Positions 18,412 to 26,958 of a stretch of DNA of 64,000 bases are shown here, piece by piece. A program made the translations under genes and the position numbers. The stretch is from Patescibacteria group bacterium. Its GTDB lineage: Bacteria > Patescibacteriota > Patescibacteriia > Patescibacteriales > UBA12465. The notes beneath the pieces are model-generated. The model had not been told where the DNA came from and did not search any database. It worked only from the letters and a program-made list of their open reading frames with translations. The stretch lies in NCBI GenBank assembly GCA_041665845.1, contig JBAYIC010000003.1:35656-99655 (forward strand), given 5' to 3'. Positions within the stretch are counted from its first letter, which is position 1, and the number at the start of each line of letters is the position of its first letter.

Positions 18412-18903
18412 ATGAAAAGTAGCAAAATGGTTATTTGTAATGATATAGAAGGTAAAAAATATAAAGTTGGTTCTAACCAATTAAGTTTCAGGCCATCTGT
18501 ATATGGAGTAATTATAAAAAATGGAAAGATTTTATTATCAAAACAATGGGGCGGTTATAATCTTCCGGGAGGAGGAATGGATCTGGGAGAAACAATAGAG
18601 GGCGCCTTAAAAAGAGAAGTATTTGAAGAAACCGGTATTAAAATACGAGTTGGAAAAGTTATTGACTGTAAAAACTCATTCTTTAAACTTCCTTTTTCGG
18701 GTAAATATGTTCACTCCATTCTCATGTTTTATACTTGTGAGGCGCTAAATAATAGAATAGATACCAAGAAATTAAGTAATGACGAAAAGCAATATAGCGA
18801 TTTTCCAGAATGGATGGATTTAAAAAATCTTAAAAAATTAAAATTTCGTTGTTCAATTGACAGTTCAAATATTATTAAAAAGGCGTTAGCAAAAAAGATA
18901 TAA
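18412..18903 (+). CDS. NUDIX hydrolase
   Basis: Nudix box GGGMDLGETIEGALKREVFEETGI. Paralogue of the preceding gene, 18 nt downstream of it. Confidence 0.75.
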   Translation: MKSSKMVICNDIEGKKYKVGSNQLSFRPSVYGVIIKNGKILLSKQWGGYNLPGGGMDLGETIEGALKREVFEETGIKIRVGKVIDCKNSFFKLPFSGKYVHSILMFYTCEALNNRIDTKKLSNDEKQYSDFPEWMDLKNLKKLKFRCSIDSSNIIKKALAKKI

Positions 18904-18905
18904 AT

Positions 18906-19403
18906 ATGCCCAAAGTAACCATCAGATATCAATTAATAAAGGACGCTCGGAGGTTTTTTGAGATTTTAAATAATCCTAACTTTATTTATTTTCCTACTTC
19001 TGTAAACTCGGTCGCCGAGGAGAAAAAGATACTCAAAGAAAATGCTCAAAAAAGAAAAGATAATATATCATGGAATTATTCTATTCTTTACGGTAATCAG
19101 TTAGTAGGCGGAATTGGCGTAAGAATTAATCGCACTCGTCCTTATGCTGGTGAGATTGGCTATTTTGTTGATGAAAAATATTGGGGGAAAGGAATAAGCA
19201 CCCAAGCAGTTAAACTAGCCGAACAGGAGGGCTTCAAAAAGCTTGGTTTAAACAGAATAGAAATAATTATGCGCCCAGAAAATAAGGCGAGCGAAAAAGT
19301 TGCTATTAAAAACGGCTACAAAAAAGAAGGGCGGATGAAGAAGGCTATTAAAGATAAAAACGGAATGATGAGAGATGCCCTTCTATATGCTAAAACTTTA
19401 TAA
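18906..19403 (+). CDS. GNAT family N-acetyltransferase (RimJ/RimL-like)
   Basis: GNAT fold length of 165 aa. Motif A region YWGKGISTQAVKLAEQEGF. Starts 3 nt after the preceding stop. Confidence 0.7.
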   Translation: MPKVTIRYQLIKDARRFFEILNNPNFIYFPTSVNSVAEEKKILKENAQKRKDNISWNYSILYGNQLVGGIGVRINRTRPYAGEIGYFVDEKYWGKGISTQAVKLAEQEGFKKLGLNRIEIIMRPENKASEKVAIKNGYKKEGRMKKAIKDKNGMMRDALLYAKTL

Positions 19404-19429
19404 ATATTCTTATCAATAAAATCTACAAA

Positions 19430-19482
19430 AAATAAAAAAGCTTCGTTTCCAACATTAATTGTCGAAAACGAAGCCTCTTTTA
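19430..19482. terminator. bidirectional terminator between convergent genes
   Basis: Stem gcttcgttt/aaacgaagc with a long loop, flanked by an A-run and ctctttt. Confidence 0.5.
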
Positions 19483-20034
19483 AACTTCTTGTGCCGCCAG
19501 AAACAAAGCGTGATGTTGGTTGACATCTTCTTTATACGTGAGATCAACCTTGAAGTCTTGATTTACTCCGACGATACTGGGGTAAAGCTTTACTATCCCA
19601 TGACGGAGACTAAGGTGATCATTGGAAAGGATAAAATATTTTCCTTTACCATTTAAAACCCCGTCTTCCTTAATGAGCTTAGCGAGTACACTCATCTCAA
19701 TGATATCAGATGTCTGAAATTTTGCTTGTTGCAATAATTCTAAAGCTTCTTCATCATTAGGATAAGGGTTTTCTCCTCCCTCCCACAAGTCAATTAACGA
19801 AAGTCTCATTAGGTTTCTGGCTCCTGTCTTTTTCGACTGGAGCCTCAACACATCCAGACTAACAATTGACGACATAATAGGTGCAAACGCCATGAGTGTA
19901 GAGGCATAATACACCTTAATCAACTTTTCCCAAACTACTTTGAATTTCAGCGGTTCGGGCTTTTTAATTTCTGAAGTTTCAGCGCCTCGCCATCTCGGTA
20001 GCGCTAGTTGCGTAACTGGTACGAAAGGACTCAT
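19480..20034 (-). CDS. hypothetical protein (compositionally GC-richer than surroundings)
   Basis: 184-aa ORF with no recognised motif and visibly higher G+C than the flanks. Confidence 0.45.
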   Translation of the reverse strand: MSPFVPVTQLALPRWRGAETSEIKKPEPLKFKVVWEKLIKVYYASTLMAFAPIMSSIVSLDVLRLQSKKTGARNLMRLSLIDLWEGGENPYPNDEEALELLQQAKFQTSDIIEMSVLAKLIKEDGVLNGKGKYFILSNDHLSLRHGIVKLYPSIVGVNQDFKVDLTYKEDVNQHHALFLAAQEV

Positions 20035-20211
20035 TAATTTGAGTTTTAGTTAGTAAAAAATTGTTAATAAACACAAATTACATCTTAACCCTTTAATTAA
20101 AATCTGTCAACATGTAATAAGTGAGGGCAAGATAAGAAAAACGAAGATTCATTTGATAAAAATCAAAAAATTGATATAATCAATAAGACAACTTAAATTA
20201 ATAATAAATAT

Positions 20212-20865
20212 ATGATGCCAGACCAACAATTTAATAATTTTATAAAACCAGTTAATCCAACGAAACCAGAAGAAGAAATAAACCAACTTCCCGATGATTT
20301 TCCAAAATACCAAGCTCCCGACCAAGACCAATATAAAATTTCCCGTGCCGGAATGCCTGAAAATGATAAGAGAATGTTTTTTGATAACAAAGGTCAGCTA
20401 GACGAAGAAATGACTACTAGACTATGGTATGGCATTACAAAAGCAGCACAAATGAATAATGTTAACATTCCAACTGAAGATCCGCGAATTATAGAGATAG
20501 CCTCCATTGGAGCTTTAAAAGGAATCCCTTTTAAGGAATGCATTGAAAAATCTGGAGCATATACATCAATGGCCTCTCTACCAGAAGGAGACGCGGAAAG
20601 ACAAAAGCTCCTTGATTTCCAAGCTAATATAATTTCACGTTCATTTACTAAAAATTTACGAGAAAATATTGCTAGTGTACCAGAACTTTCAGCTATCATA
20701 AATCGTTTTCTAACGGCTAAAATACAAAACGAAGCCAATCTTTCAAGAAAAACGATGCTTAAAGATCAAGGGAATGATGATGATTTAACCAAAAAATTAA
20801 GAGAGGAATATTTAGCCGCTTACAAAGAACTCGAGGATGCGGTAAAAAAGAACAATTTAAACTAA
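20212..20865 (+). CDS. hypothetical protein
   Basis: 217-aa ORF that is N-terminally Pro/Gln/Asp-rich. No family recognised. Confidence 0.45.
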   Translation: MMPDQQFNNFIKPVNPTKPEEEINQLPDDFPKYQAPDQDQYKISRAGMPENDKRMFFDNKGQLDEEMTTRLWYGITKAAQMNNVNIPTEDPRIIEIASIGALKGIPFKECIEKSGAYTSMASLPEGDAERQKLLDFQANIISRSFTKNLRENIASVPELSAIINRFLTAKIQNEANLSRKTMLKDQGNDDDLTKKLREEYLAAYKELEDAVKKNNLN

Positions 20866-20878
20866 TCAAGCTTCCACA

Positions 20879-20909
20879 CAAAAAAACAGAGCTAACACTC
20901 TGTTTTTTA
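20879..20909. terminator. bidirectional rho-independent terminator
   Basis: Stem acagag/ctctgt, loop ctaaca, with A-run and T-run on either side. Confidence 0.6.
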
Positions 20910-20934
20910 AATATATAAAATTTAAAAGAAAAAA

Positions 20935-21795
20935 TTAAAATTTCCCTGGTTGTCCAGTTATTTTATCTACCATTTTCTTTTCAAAAGACATCCCTACAGC
21001 TGCTGCGCCGCGCGCCTCATTTTCATCTTCTTCTTTTTGCATTTTTACAATTTTTTCTCTTTGCTCAGGTGTTTCAATTTTAATAATGTTTCTATCATCC
21101 AATTCGATAAAATCTCCCCCTCCCTTAATCTGAGCTCTTATTATCGGCCCCGCTTCTTTGTTAAACTCATTTCTCTTTTTTTCTTCAAATAGCTCCCCTT
21201 CTTTAAAAAATCGATCGCTACCCTCTCTATATGGCAGGCGTCCAGCTTTCTCTTTAAATTCCTGGTCCCTCTTCAGTTTACCGCGGTCCCATCTTTCTCG
21301 CTCCTCTTCAGCAGTGGGCATATGAATATCATAAATTTTATAAAAACTCCCTTTTGAATACACCTCATCGCCTGGTTCTAATTTTTTATTTTCTCCTTTT
21401 TCGCTACCATTCTCTTCTGCGTTCGCTAATGGCGGCTTTTCTCCTTTTTCTAACTCAACCCTAGTAATACTTTCGTCATTTTTTAATTTCTCAAAATCTA
21501 CGTAATTACCATTACCTAATTTATTATAAAGAGTTTTTAGTTGCTCTTCCGCCTGCGTAACCTCATAAGGTAAGTCGCTATTATTCTCAGGTATACCAAT
21601 ACTTTCTCTCTCTTTATTAATCTCTGCTAAAGAGTCGTTTTTATTTTCTCGAAATTTTTCAAGCTCCTGATTAAACACCGACGGCTTAATTTGTTCGGCA
21701 ACTTCAGGCGCATTTTCTACGACTGCTTCATTTTGACCGGGCATTACTTCTGGATTAGTTTTCTTTTCAAATGGATTTTGATGTTCAGGATTCAT
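20935..21795 (-). CDS. hypothetical highly charged (E/K-rich) protein
   Basis: 286-aa ORF of low-complexity acidic/basic composition, with no signal peptide. Confidence 0.45.
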   Translation of the reverse strand: MNPEHQNPFEKKTNPEVMPGQNEAVVENAPEVAEQIKPSVFNQELEKFRENKNDSLAEINKERESIGIPENNSDLPYEVTQAEEQLKTLYNKLGNGNYVDFEKLKNDESITRVELEKGEKPPLANAEENGSEKGENKKLEPGDEVYSKGSFYKIYDIHMPTAEEERERWDRGKLKRDQEFKEKAGRLPYREGSDRFFKEGELFEEKKRNEFNKEAGPIIRAQIKGGGDFIELDDRNIIKIETPEQREKIVKMQKEEDENEARGAAAVGMSFEKKMVDKITGQPGKF

Positions 21796-21816
21796 ATAAT
21801 TAATTATTAAAAAAAG

Positions 21817-23952
21817 TTATTTAATCGGCAATGAAAAGGAAAAAGTAACTCCTCTATCTTCTTTAGTTTCAAATATCAATTCCCCGCCATGAGCACTAAC
21901 AATTTTTTTGGCAATAAATAAACCAAGACCAAAACCATTAGGCGAAACCGCGATTGCTTCTGGGCTACGAAAAAATTTCTTAAATATTTCAGGTTTGCTA
22001 TCATCCGTAATACCAATACCATTATCAGAAATAGCGACTATTAGCTTTGATTTTTTGTTAAACGTTTCTTTCTTAACAGAAATATCTATCTTCCCTTCAG
22101 CGGAGACATAATTAATGGCATTAGCTAATAAAATACCCAGAACCGTTTTAATTTTAGTAGCATCACAAATGACTTCGGAATTAATCTCATCATCTTCAAT
22201 TGTGAGTTTTATCTTTTTATTATTAAGATTTATTTGATTATCTTCAACAACTCGATTTATCAAATCTGTTATCTTTACCGGCTTTTTAGCAAGCATGACT
22301 TTCTTCTCTTCAATTTCTAAAACGGTTACTAGTTGATCGAGTTGGCGCCCCAAGGAAAGTATCCCATAATAAGCGGATCTAACTGTCTCAGTTTTCTCTT
22401 CCGGAGAAATTGTGTCATCAAAGAAAAGCTCTAAATTATAACGCGTTATCGTCACTGGCGTTCTAAGTTGATGAGAAACAACAGAGACAAAATTTGATTT
22501 AACTTTATCCAATCTTTTTAACTCCTCATAAGAACTAGCATTATCAATTGCAAAGCTCATTTCCCAGGCGACATGACGTAAAAGTCTAAGATCTTCTTGA
22601 GTATAGGGGTCTTGAGATTTTTTAGGGCCAAGTAAATACACGCCAATTAATTTATTTTTAAGCTCAATCGGAATAACCAATGCAAAATCATTTTTAACCA
22701 ATTCTTTAATAACCTGGTTAACTGATACATCTGGTATATCTTTATTATAATTATCTCGTTCTAATTCATCTTTATCTAAGATTCTTTTTTTATAAATATT
22801 AAGATATTTAATAATCGGATTATTGTGTTTTAATTTAAAATTCTCTGTTTCTCTACCGATAACTTGACGAGAAATGAAATTACCTTTAGGAATAAGAATC
22901 ATAATTTCGCCATGTTCAACCTTTAAGGCGTCGGTTATAACCTTATTAATGATTTCGAGAGTCTTATCTAAATTTAAGCCGATTTCATGAATACTTGATT
23001 CAATTTTTCTCGCAACATCAGAAAATTTATATTGCTGCTTAAAGAATATCTGATCCGTCGCCTTTTCTAAAAATTTCTTGATTGGCGAAAAACCAAAGGT
23101 AATAAAAAAGGACGGAATAATAAAGTTCCAAGGGGATTCTACCTGCAAAAAAATAATCAAAAAATAGCTAGCGGACGCATATATAAAGATAATTGTGGAT
23201 AATAAGAATGTATAAATAGCCCCTAAGCGCAAAATCACACCGATATTCATCAAACGATAACGTACAATTGCGTAATATATACAGGCAATCAATATAATCG
23301 GACTAAAATTTCCGATTATAAATACCTCCCGAGAAACTGTATTTTGTAAAAATAAATTAAATGTTAAAGTAATAATCGAAGTAACAGCAAATCCAAAAAG
23401 GACATATCGAACCTGCATTTTTTTGATTCCTATAATCCGGTGCAACTGCACAATTTGGTAACCAATAGCAATAATTAAATAAACTAAGATCAAAGCAGTA
23501 TAAACATTAAACCATGGCCCAAAGTCAAAACCAATTTTGTTATTATCAAAATTTATATTTCTAATTATTTTATCGGTTAAAATTAAACCGGAAATAAATA
23601 GGGTTGGTAGCACCAACCAAACAGCATATTTGCTTAGTTTTCTATTCGGTTCGGGAAAATTAAGTAAGAACAAAAAAATAAGGAAGAAAACAAATGGACC
23701 AAGTATAAAGTCGAGCTTCAGAAAAATAATTGCGAAGTCGGCTGAGGTCAACAGGTTTTCCAGAAAATTACTTGCGCACCAAACAGCTAACACTATCGAG
23801 AGCAGAAAAAATAGGCCGTTAGTGAGAGATTTCTTATTTCTTGAAAAAGCGGCATATCCCAAACTAGCCATTGAGATTGAAATAAAGAAAGTAACGATGA
23901 TAAAGAATATTAACATAAAAATATAAAATAATATGATTATATTATATCTCAA
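21817..23952 (-). CDS. sensor histidine kinase with polytopic N-terminal membrane domain and GAF-like domain
   Basis: About 8 N-terminal TM helices. HisKA H-box SHQLRTPVT and HATPase_c N/G boxes (LANAINYV, ISDNGIGI, GFGLGLFIAKKIV). No response regulator is adjacent. Confidence 0.8.
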   Translation of the reverse strand: MRYNIIILFYIFMLIFFIIVTFFISISMASLGYAAFSRNKKSLTNGLFFLLSIVLAVWCASNFLENLLTSADFAIIFLKLDFILGPFVFFLIFLFLLNFPEPNRKLSKYAVWLVLPTLFISGLILTDKIIRNINFDNNKIGFDFGPWFNVYTALILVYLIIAIGYQIVQLHRIIGIKKMQVRYVLFGFAVTSIITLTFNLFLQNTVSREVFIIGNFSPIILIACIYYAIVRYRLMNIGVILRLGAIYTFLLSTIIFIYASASYFLIIFLQVESPWNFIIPSFFITFGFSPIKKFLEKATDQIFFKQQYKFSDVARKIESSIHEIGLNLDKTLEIINKVITDALKVEHGEIMILIPKGNFISRQVIGRETENFKLKHNNPIIKYLNIYKKRILDKDELERDNYNKDIPDVSVNQVIKELVKNDFALVIPIELKNKLIGVYLLGPKKSQDPYTQEDLRLLRHVAWEMSFAIDNASSYEELKRLDKVKSNFVSVVSHQLRTPVTITRYNLELFFDDTISPEEKTETVRSAYYGILSLGRQLDQLVTVLEIEEKKVMLAKKPVKITDLINRVVEDNQINLNNKKIKLTIEDDEINSEVICDATKIKTVLGILLANAINYVSAEGKIDISVKKETFNKKSKLIVAISDNGIGITDDSKPEIFKKFFRSPEAIAVSPNGFGLGLFIAKKIVSAHGGELIFETKEDRGVTFSFSLPIK

Positions 23953-24047
23953 ATACGTATCAAAAACAACAAATTAGCTAAAATGAAAAAACCTGCTTCT
24001 TATAGAAACAGGTTCTTCTAAAAAAATTTTATTTTAACCGATACTTT

Positions 24048-25007
24048 TTAGATCGGCTTTGTTTTGCAACAACATTCCGGAATCTTCCCCAATATTCTTG
24101 TTTGGCGATATTGTTCTATCGCTTGATAAATAGCAGGAGAACATTTTGGACAATTTTCTGGAATAGCAATCGGCGGTGGCTCATCGGTGAATCCTCCGAT
24201 TAACACCGGCCAATTGTTTTTATTAATTTGTTCTATTATTTCTAAAATTGACCACAGAGTCGGCGGCTTAAAATTACCGGCGAAAAATTCAGTAGCCATT
24301 TTAGTGTTGGTTTGAACAAAAGCACATGATAAATGCACCTCATTAACTCCCAAAGATACAACATAATTAATTGAGGATAGAGCTTCTTCCAAAGCTTCTT
24401 GTTCTGATAAGCCTAATGGCTTCAAAAAAATATATACAGCTACTTCAGCGCCAAAATTACGAATTATTTTTACCTTTTCTTCAAATAATTTTAGTGATAA
24501 ACCTTTTTTAATTATTCGGTTTCTCACATAGTCACTATAACTTTCTAAGCCAATCCCAATCGTGAGACGTTTTTCATGACCAATAGTCTCAACTGCTTCA
24601 GCAATTTTCGCTTCCTTGATGTATTCACAACGATTCTCAATAAAGAGCCGGGTAACGAAGGGATTTTTAGCAACTCGTTCATAGAGATAACGTTGAAATT
24701 TTACTGGGATTTCTTTATCATTCCAAAAGCTACCGCCATTATAAATAAACAATTCTTTTGGCTTAGATAAACGAGCTTCTTTTTCGGCCAAATAATACAT
24801 TAATTTAAAAACTCCACTACAAAATAAATGTCCATGCGTATATTTATTAGTAGAGTTTCCAAAACCACACATTGTACAACCACCGGTATTTTTAAAATAT
24901 TCACAACCGGCTCCAGGAAGCATTAAAGTCCACCTTGAGATTTCTTTCTTTTCTCTTAGGGAATACTTAGGACTTATTTCTGAATACAAATTTAAAAAAC
25001 TATTCAT
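24048..25007 (-). CDS. radical SAM protein, YhcC/TIGR01212-like (Elp3-type radical SAM core without HAT domain)
   Basis: Cys cluster GAGCEYFKNTGGCTMCG (C-x8-C-x2-C with GGCT[FM]C as in YhcC), at about 300 aa. Confidence 0.6.
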   Translation of the reverse strand: MNSFLNLYSEISPKYSLREKKEISRWTLMLPGAGCEYFKNTGGCTMCGFGNSTNKYTHGHLFCSGVFKLMYYLAEKEARLSKPKELFIYNGGSFWNDKEIPVKFQRYLYERVAKNPFVTRLFIENRCEYIKEAKIAEAVETIGHEKRLTIGIGLESYSDYVRNRIIKKGLSLKLFEEKVKIIRNFGAEVAVYIFLKPLGLSEQEALEEALSSINYVVSLGVNEVHLSCAFVQTNTKMATEFFAGNFKPPTLWSILEIIEQINKNNWPVLIGGFTDEPPPIAIPENCPKCSPAIYQAIEQYRQTRILGKIPECCCKTKPI

Positions 25008-25010
25008 CTT

Positions 25011-25781
25011 TTATATTTTTTCTTTCTTAGCAACAGAAATGTTTTCTCTAAACTTAATAGGAACACGAGCGATTAACCACGCCCATAACCTACGAAGCGG
25101 CCAGTTATAAAAAGGATTTTTACGATAAAGCAAAACCCCATAGTTTTCACTGGGCGGATCCGGAAAATATTCCGGCAGAACTTTAATTGAGCAGACTCCA
25201 TCTTTTTCGTACATGCGTAATTCAGGATCACGCAATTTACCATGGCGTTTTAGTTTAATATACTCTTCTGGAGTAATCTCGGGATGATGTTTTTTATAAT
25301 TACTGTAACCTGGCATACGGGAACCAATGAAGATTCCTTTTTTGTTATTAATAATCATATTAATCCAAGCTTGAAGAGTTAAACCAAAACCTAATTGCTG
25401 ACCACTCATGGTTTTATGTACAGAAAGGCTAATTCCGTACATATACTTAGCATCGGGTTTATGGCTCTTAATAATTGTCCCGTTATCTGTTATCGAGTCC
25501 CAAGAAAAATGTGGAAAATTTACCACATTATCTACATACTCAAACGACAAATAGCCGACTATTTTACCCTCATAAAGAGCAATGATATTTCCGGCCGGAA
25601 ATATTTCTATCCGGGATTTAAGCTTGAAGACACTAGCGCCATTTTCTCCCCAAACATTTTGTTCTAACTCCGCGAGTTTCGTAATATCGGTCAAGGTAGC
25701 CGAACGAAAAATAAATTTAGTCCTTTTTGTTTTTGTTTCCATGTTTAAGTTTCCTTTCTTATTTTGATTGTTAATGTTCAA
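25011..25781 (-). CDS. GNAT-like acetyltransferase domain protein with ~100-aa C-terminal extension
   Basis: N-terminal GNAT-like region (TLTDITKLAELEQNVWGENG...ALYEGKIVGYLSFEY). Immediately upstream of the radical SAM gene, with a 3-nt gap. Confidence 0.5.
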   Translation of the reverse strand: MNINNQNKKGNLNMETKTKRTKFIFRSATLTDITKLAELEQNVWGENGASVFKLKSRIEIFPAGNIIALYEGKIVGYLSFEYVDNVVNFPHFSWDSITDNGTIIKSHKPDAKYMYGISLSVHKTMSGQQLGFGLTLQAWINMIINNKKGIFIGSRMPGYSNYKKHHPEITPEEYIKLKRHGKLRDPELRMYEKDGVCSIKVLPEYFPDPPSENYGVLLYRKNPFYNWPLRRLWAWLIARVPIKFRENISVAKKEKI

Positions 25782-25834
25782 TTTGAATTTTAGAAATAAA
25801 AAAAATAAGGCCTTCGCCTTATTTTCTATATTCT

Positions 25835-25909
25835 GCGGAACGGAAGGGACTCGAACCCTCGACCTCCTGCGTGACAGGCAGGCGTTCTAACCAACTGAAC
25901 TACCGCTCC
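25835..25909 (-). tRNA. tRNA-Asp (anticodon GTC)
   Basis: Reverse complement GGAGCGGTAGTTCAGTTGGTTAGAACGCCTGCCTGTCACGCAGGAGGTCGAGGGTTCGAGTCCCTTCCGTTCCG, with anticodon loop CTGTCAC. Confidence 0.85.
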
Positions 25910-26096
25910 TCTTATTTCTTTTAAAAAGGCTTACTTAACAGCAAGTCACAGAAAAAGCATAGCAAAAAGATTATTATTTGTCAAAAGATACAAATATCCA
26001 AAAAACTTGCAAAAACAGGGTATATAGACTATAATTTAAACAGAACTAGAAAGATTTAGTTTTTTTAATTTACGCTAGTATAGAAAAATAAACGAT

Positions 26097-26486
26097 ATGT
26101 CAGCGGAGAATCAAATCAATAAAAAAACCGTCGAAGAAATAAAGGCTTCTCTTTTAGTACAAAAAAAACAAATATTAGAAGACCTTAATGATATTTCTAA
26201 GCTAGATACTCATGAAGCTGATAGCCGGGGTACTCAGTTTCCTGAATACGGTGACAAGCCTGATGAAAATGCCCAAGAAATAAGCGATTTTTCTACTACT
26301 GTCGCTACTCAAAAAATATTAGAAAAAAGCTTAGAAGATATTAATAAGGCTTTAGATAGAATTGAAAAAGGTACTTACGGTACCTGTAAATATTGCGGTA
26401 AATTAATCAATGAAAAACGATTGATGGCTAGACCAACTGCTGGTGCTTGTGTCGCCTGCAAGACCGAGCTTCAAGAAAATGAATAA
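26097..26486 (+). CDS. DksA/TraR-family C4 zinc-finger protein
   Basis: C-terminal CKYCGKLINEKRLMARPTAGACVACK four-Cys finger after a coiled-coil region. Confidence 0.7.
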   Translation: MSAENQINKKTVEEIKASLLVQKKQILEDLNDISKLDTHEADSRGTQFPEYGDKPDENAQEISDFSTTVATQKILEKSLEDINKALDRIEKGTYGTCKYCGKLINEKRLMARPTAGACVACKTELQENE

Positions 26487-26958
26487 AATTTTAACAAAAA
26501 GACTCTTTACAAACATAGCTATTATTACAGTAATAGCTATGTTTTTTATAGCTGACCGCTATTTAAAAGGATTAGCCCTAAGAACTGGAATAAACAACGG
26601 GAAATCGCTCTTTAACCAATATTTTTTGTTTAACTTTACGGAAAATCACAATATAGCCTTTTCTCTACCTCTCTCCGGCCCTATTCTTAATATTATAATT
26701 ATTTCTTTAATAATAGCTATAATATTTATAATAGGGCAATTAATCATAAAAAACCGAGCCTTAACCCAAGATTCATTGATATTGACATTTATTCTATTTG
26801 GTGCTATAAGTAATATAGTTGATCGCTTGCAATATGGCTTTGTGATTGACTATTTAGAGCTTAAATACTTCACTGTTTTTAATCTCGCTGATGTGATGAT
26901 TAGTTTAGGTGTCCTTACTTTAATCTTTAAATTAACAAAAAGTAAAAAAATATGTTAA
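26479..26958 (+). CDS. lspA: lipoprotein signal peptidase II
   Basis: Four TM segments and conserved FNLADVMISLGV block with catalytic Asp. Start at internal MNKIL. Confidence 0.8.
   Translation: MNKILTKRLFTNIAIITVIAMFFIADRYLKGLALRTGINNGKSLFNQYFLFNFTENHNIAFSLPLSGPILNIIIISLIIAIIFIIGQLIIKNRALTQDSLILTFILFGAISNIVDRLQYGFVIDYLELKYFTVFNLADVMISLGVLTLIFKLTKSKKIC

Noticed and set aside
19459-19656. 65-aa plus-strand ORF
   Set aside because: It overlaps the 3' end of the better-supported minus-strand ORF 19480-20034 and starts inside a terminator hairpin.
20149-20738. Short minus-strand ORFs (20149-20331, 20193-20390, 20394-20738)
   Set aside because: They are antisense to or overlap the 20212-20865 plus-strand ORF and have Cys/Trp/Phe-rich improbable composition.
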